A DNA stretch of 25,870 nucleotides. It comes from a virus (taxonomy: Duplodnaviria; Caudoviricetes). Location: the IMG/VR virus record IMGVR_UViG_3300025018_000493, positions 1 through 25,870 of that record; one strand, given 5' to 3'. A program made the translations under genes and the position numbers. Below the pieces are notes generated by a model. The model was not told the origin of the DNA and did no database searches. It saw only the letters and a list, made by a program, of their open reading frames with translations. Below are positions 23,010 to 25,870 of this stretch, piece by piece. Each line of letters starts with the position of its first letter. Within the stretch, counting starts at the first letter, position 1.

Positions 23010-25870
23010 ATGAGAAAACTATTATATGTTTTAGTGGCCCTGCTCATATCTTTCGATGTGCAAGCCGCCCTCCTCACTGGACAGACACCGGGCAGTTATT
23101 CCCTCCCGTCTGGATGGTCGCTGATCCGGACGACAGACTTTGAGGGAACGAAGCCGTCTGATGAATATTGGGGGCGCTACCAAGGAACAAAAACATCCGC
23201 GATGGCACATGGAGGGACGTACTCCGTTGGTGGGCAATACAACAATGGGCAGGATGATATCGGTTGGGAAATACAAGCATCTCCAGTAGGTACCTTCAGC
23301 GAGATATATCTGTCGTATTACGAGTACACCGAATCGCAGGCCCTATTCAATGACGAGTATATTATTTCTGAATTTGGCCTTGACGGAGCGAACCAGCGGA
23401 TCTTTATAGATTGGTTTTGGGCGGGAGATTCCGCTGGGAACATGGGAATTAACGGGGCATACGCAACTCTGTCGTTTGTCAACGAACAGGGGCCGCCCGA
23501 TTACACCATCTACCCAAAATACGCCGCCGTGCCGAAGGGTGCATGGGTACAGTGGGAAATACATTTACGGCCTGCATCCGCAGCGGGGGTAAGTGATGGG
23601 TTTATCCGAGTTTATAAAGACGGAGTGATGTACGCTTCCTCTGAGAACAAGTCCTTTAACTACCGTTTTGGAAAGTCGGGTAACTCGACCTATGTAGTTG
23701 CTGGTGGCCTCTATAACCGGCTCGTCTGGATGAATGATTATCCAACATGCACCTCCTGTACGGACTTGGGAGTCGGTACAGACGCTTGCACGTCGGGGAT
23801 GGACTGGTGGTATCTCCCGTTCAGTTCCCCGGCATGTCCCCCTGCAACTCCAAACTTTAATAAATATTTCGATGACATCATCCTGATGAAGTTAACTGGA
23901 GCCGGAGGCGGGTACGATGCGCAACCTCCTTACACGACATCCCATGCCCCGCCCAAAGGTTCCACCGGCGTAGATAACGCCACGACGACTCATACGTTCA
24001 CGCTGAAGGACGACCGTACGGACGACGAAGGAACAACGCAATCCACCATCAGCATGACTGGACCGGATGGCACGAAGACCTGCACGACGGGCACTCCAAC
24101 GCTTACCTGCACGGGAACGCCCGCCAGTTACGCGATCACGTATCCAGGGATGTCACTGACCAACGATGAGGTTGCAAATTTCACCCTGACTGCGACGGAT
24201 GGTGCGGGGAACATCCTGAACGAGTCGTGGAGTTGGACGGTAGAATCAGCGGCTCCATCGACCCTCTCTATTACCACCACGACTTTACCTGATGGAACGG
24301 TTGGTACACCCTACAGTCAGACGTTGGCCGCTACCGGTGGTGCGCCTCCATATTTCTGGTCTATCGGAAGCACGCCATATGATCCGGGCTACCCTTACGC
24401 ACCAAGCACGACGATTTCTGGCGTGGCATGGGATTATGCCAATGTAGTCACTACCGGCCCGGGATCTGACTTGTGGCATACCGCGTGGGCTGGTGATAAC
24501 AATGTGTACATGACCTGGGGGGATGGCGGCGGCCCGGACGGAACGAACTTGATGTGCCGCACCCGCTTCGGGTTGGTGAGGGCGAACGGAACGCCTCCGA
24601 ACTTCACATGGACGGAGATATGGGGCTGCAAGGCGGACGGGACCGGGTGCGATGATTGGGGAGAAACGACGCATAGCGCAAGTTGTGACGCTCCTTACGG
24701 GGGAACGCTGTCGAGTTTCGGCGTACCCGATGTGCTGTTCGCTATCGACAATACCCTATATGTTGTCACGACGGCCGTCGCGAGCGCATTGATGAAAATT
24801 TCCTACTCCACGGATTTAGGGCAATCGTGGACTTCGGCTGGGTGGACCTGGGATACAGCCACCGGGTTTAATCCTTCCGGAATTGCATCGTTCGGTATGG
24901 GATATGCTGGAGCCAGAGATACTTACGTGTATATGTATGGAGGCAAGGGCGGGGATCTAAAAAACATCTATTTAGCCAGAGTTCCAAAGACGGAACTCAT
25001 GACGCAGGGGTCCTGGGAATACTTCACCGGCACGGCGGCGTCTCCCGCGTGGGGCACGTGGGCTAATGCGACCTCTATCCACTACGACGCAAACAGGGTC
25101 GGGGAGAGCACTCCTTATATTTACGATTATGTTGCGGCGAAGGTTCAATATTTTCCAACGATTGCAAAGTACATCATGACGGTCAACGGAGGACAGATCC
25201 AGCAACTAAGGATCTATGATGCTCCAGAACCATGGGGGCCATGGACTACTGTATATTATAACGATTTGTGGGGTGATTACGGTGTTACGAATGGCCTGTA
25301 CTACAACATCATCCCGAAGTTTACAAACGGAGCCGATACCGAGTTCTGGATGACGTTTTCAGGATACGATGTTCCAGTAAACTATGATAACTACAATCTC
25401 ATCAAAGGTACGTTTACCTTAGCGGGAGCGCCGCAGGCACCCCCAACTGGATTGGCGCTTTCAAGCGGGGGGATCATCTCCGGGACGCCGACTACTGTGG
25501 AGACAAAGGCATTCACGGTCACGGCGACGGATTCGGGATCGCCGCCTGCTACGGATAACCAGGCGTTGTCGATCACGATTAACGCATCGACGCCGACTGG
25601 CGACAATACCGTTACGATTACAGCCATTACGGACACGTGGACGAATAGCGGTGAACCTGACAGGAATTACAACGACAATGTGAGTTTGCGGATATACCAG
25701 TGGCCGTTTGGGGTGGTGACAAATCGCTCTCTTTTACAAATTGACCACTCTTCCTTGCCAGCGAATATCTCTATCACCTCCGCCGCCTTGGAAGTGTACC
25801 TGACCGGCCCGACCACGGATGAAACTGATCCCATGCCCGTGTATACATATCGGGTCACGGGAACGTTGCC
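23010..25870 (+). CDS. Large multidomain secreted-type adhesin/glycan-active protein, 3'-truncated (>=953 aa): signal peptide, lyase/LamG-like sandwich, Ig-like domain, split He_PIG Ig with inserted DUF4185-like beta-propeller, DNRLRE-like domain
   Basis: Manual translation from ATG 23010 (GAGGG upstream) is open to the window end. Segments: MRKLLYVLVALLISFDVQA|A; GAWVQWEIHL...DGFIRVYKDG...YFDDIIL; LSITTTTLPDGTVGTPYSQTLAATGGAPPY; GSDLWHTAWAGDNNVYMTWGDGGG; YSTDLGQSW; APEPWGPW; DTWTNSGEPDRNY...RSLLQID.SSLPAN.SITSAALEVY. Missing from the ORF track because there is no stop in the window. Confidence 0.88.
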   Translation, partial: MRKLLYVLVALLISFDVQAALLTGQTPGSYSLPSGWSLIRTTDFEGTKPSDEYWGRYQGTKTSAMAHGGTYSVGGQYNNGQDDIGWEIQASPVGTFSEIYLSYYEYTESQALFNDEYIISEFGLDGANQRIFIDWFWAGDSAGNMGINGAYATLSFVNEQGPPDYTIYPKYAAVPKGAWVQWEIHLRPASAAGVSDGFIRVYKDGVMYASSENKSFNYRFGKSGNSTYVVAGGLYNRLVWMNDYPTCTSCTDLGVGTDACTSGMDWWYLPFSSPACPPATPNFNKYFDDIILMKLTGAGGGYDAQPPYTTSHAPPKGSTGVDNATTTHTFTLKDDRTDDEGTTQSTISMTGPDGTKTCTTGTPTLTCTGTPASYAITYPGMSLTNDEVANFTLTATDGAGNILNESWSWTVESAAPSTLSITTTTLPDGTVGTPYSQTLAATGGAPPYFWSIGSTPYDPGYPYAPSTTISGVAWDYANVVTTGPGSDLWHTAWAGDNNVYMTWGDGGGPDGTNLMCRTRFGLVRANGTPPNFTWTEIWGCKADGTGCDDWGETTHSASCDAPYGGTLSSFGVPDVLFAIDNTLYVVTTAVASALMKISYSTDLGQSWTSAGWTWDTATGFNPSGIASFGMGYAGARDTYVYMYGGKGGDLKNIYLARVPKTELMTQGSWEYFTGTAASPAWGTWANATSIHYDANRVGESTPYIYDYVAAKVQYFPTIAKYIMTVNGGQIQQLRIYDAPEPWGPWTTVYYNDLWGDYGVTNGLYYNIIPKFTNGADTEFWMTFSGYDVPVNYDNYNLIKGTFTLAGAPQAPPTGLALSSGGIISGTPTTVETKAFTVTATDSGSPPATDNQALSITINASTPTGDNTVTITAITDTWTNSGEPDRNYNDNVSLRIYQWPFGVVTNRSLLQIDHSSLPANISITSAALEVYLTGPTTDETDPMPVYTYRVTGTL

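Noticed and set aside
20450-25870. Diversity-generating retroelement target or template repeats in the fibre region
   Set aside because: I saw no pair of ~100-nt repeats differing at adenines and no reverse transcriptase in the window; it cannot be excluded beyond the window.

Overview
This window is a contiguous, + strand morphogenesis operon of a tailed dsDNA phage or prophage with an HK97-type head and a long non-contractile (sipho-type) tail. Head module: small and large terminase, a small membrane protein, portal, ClpP-type maturation protease, major capsid, and three probable head-decoration proteins. Neck and tail: a head-tail connector with an inserted domain, head closure, tail terminator, two small ORFs, a SAM methyltransferase plus GT-A glycosyltransferase pair, tail tube, tail chaperone with a -1 frameshift site, an HK97-gp10-like protein, tape measure, distal tail and a large tail-tip protein. 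The 3' end is a lower-GC fibre/adhesin region ending in a >950-aa ORF (23010 to the window end) that is absent from the supplied ORF track. The most unusual signal is that four proteins with virion-like positions or motifs (7292, 21405, 22451, 23010) begin with classical Sec signal peptides and carry even numbers of cysteines. This suggests decoration or receptor-binding proteins that are exported and oxidatively folded outside the cytoplasm. Other signals: three GCG-GGA-CGC hairpins read in different frames just upstream of the capsid gene, several domain-within-domain insertions, and a glycosylation/methylation pair embedded in the neck-tail genes. All family calls come from motifs and synteny recognised by eye; no database searches were run.
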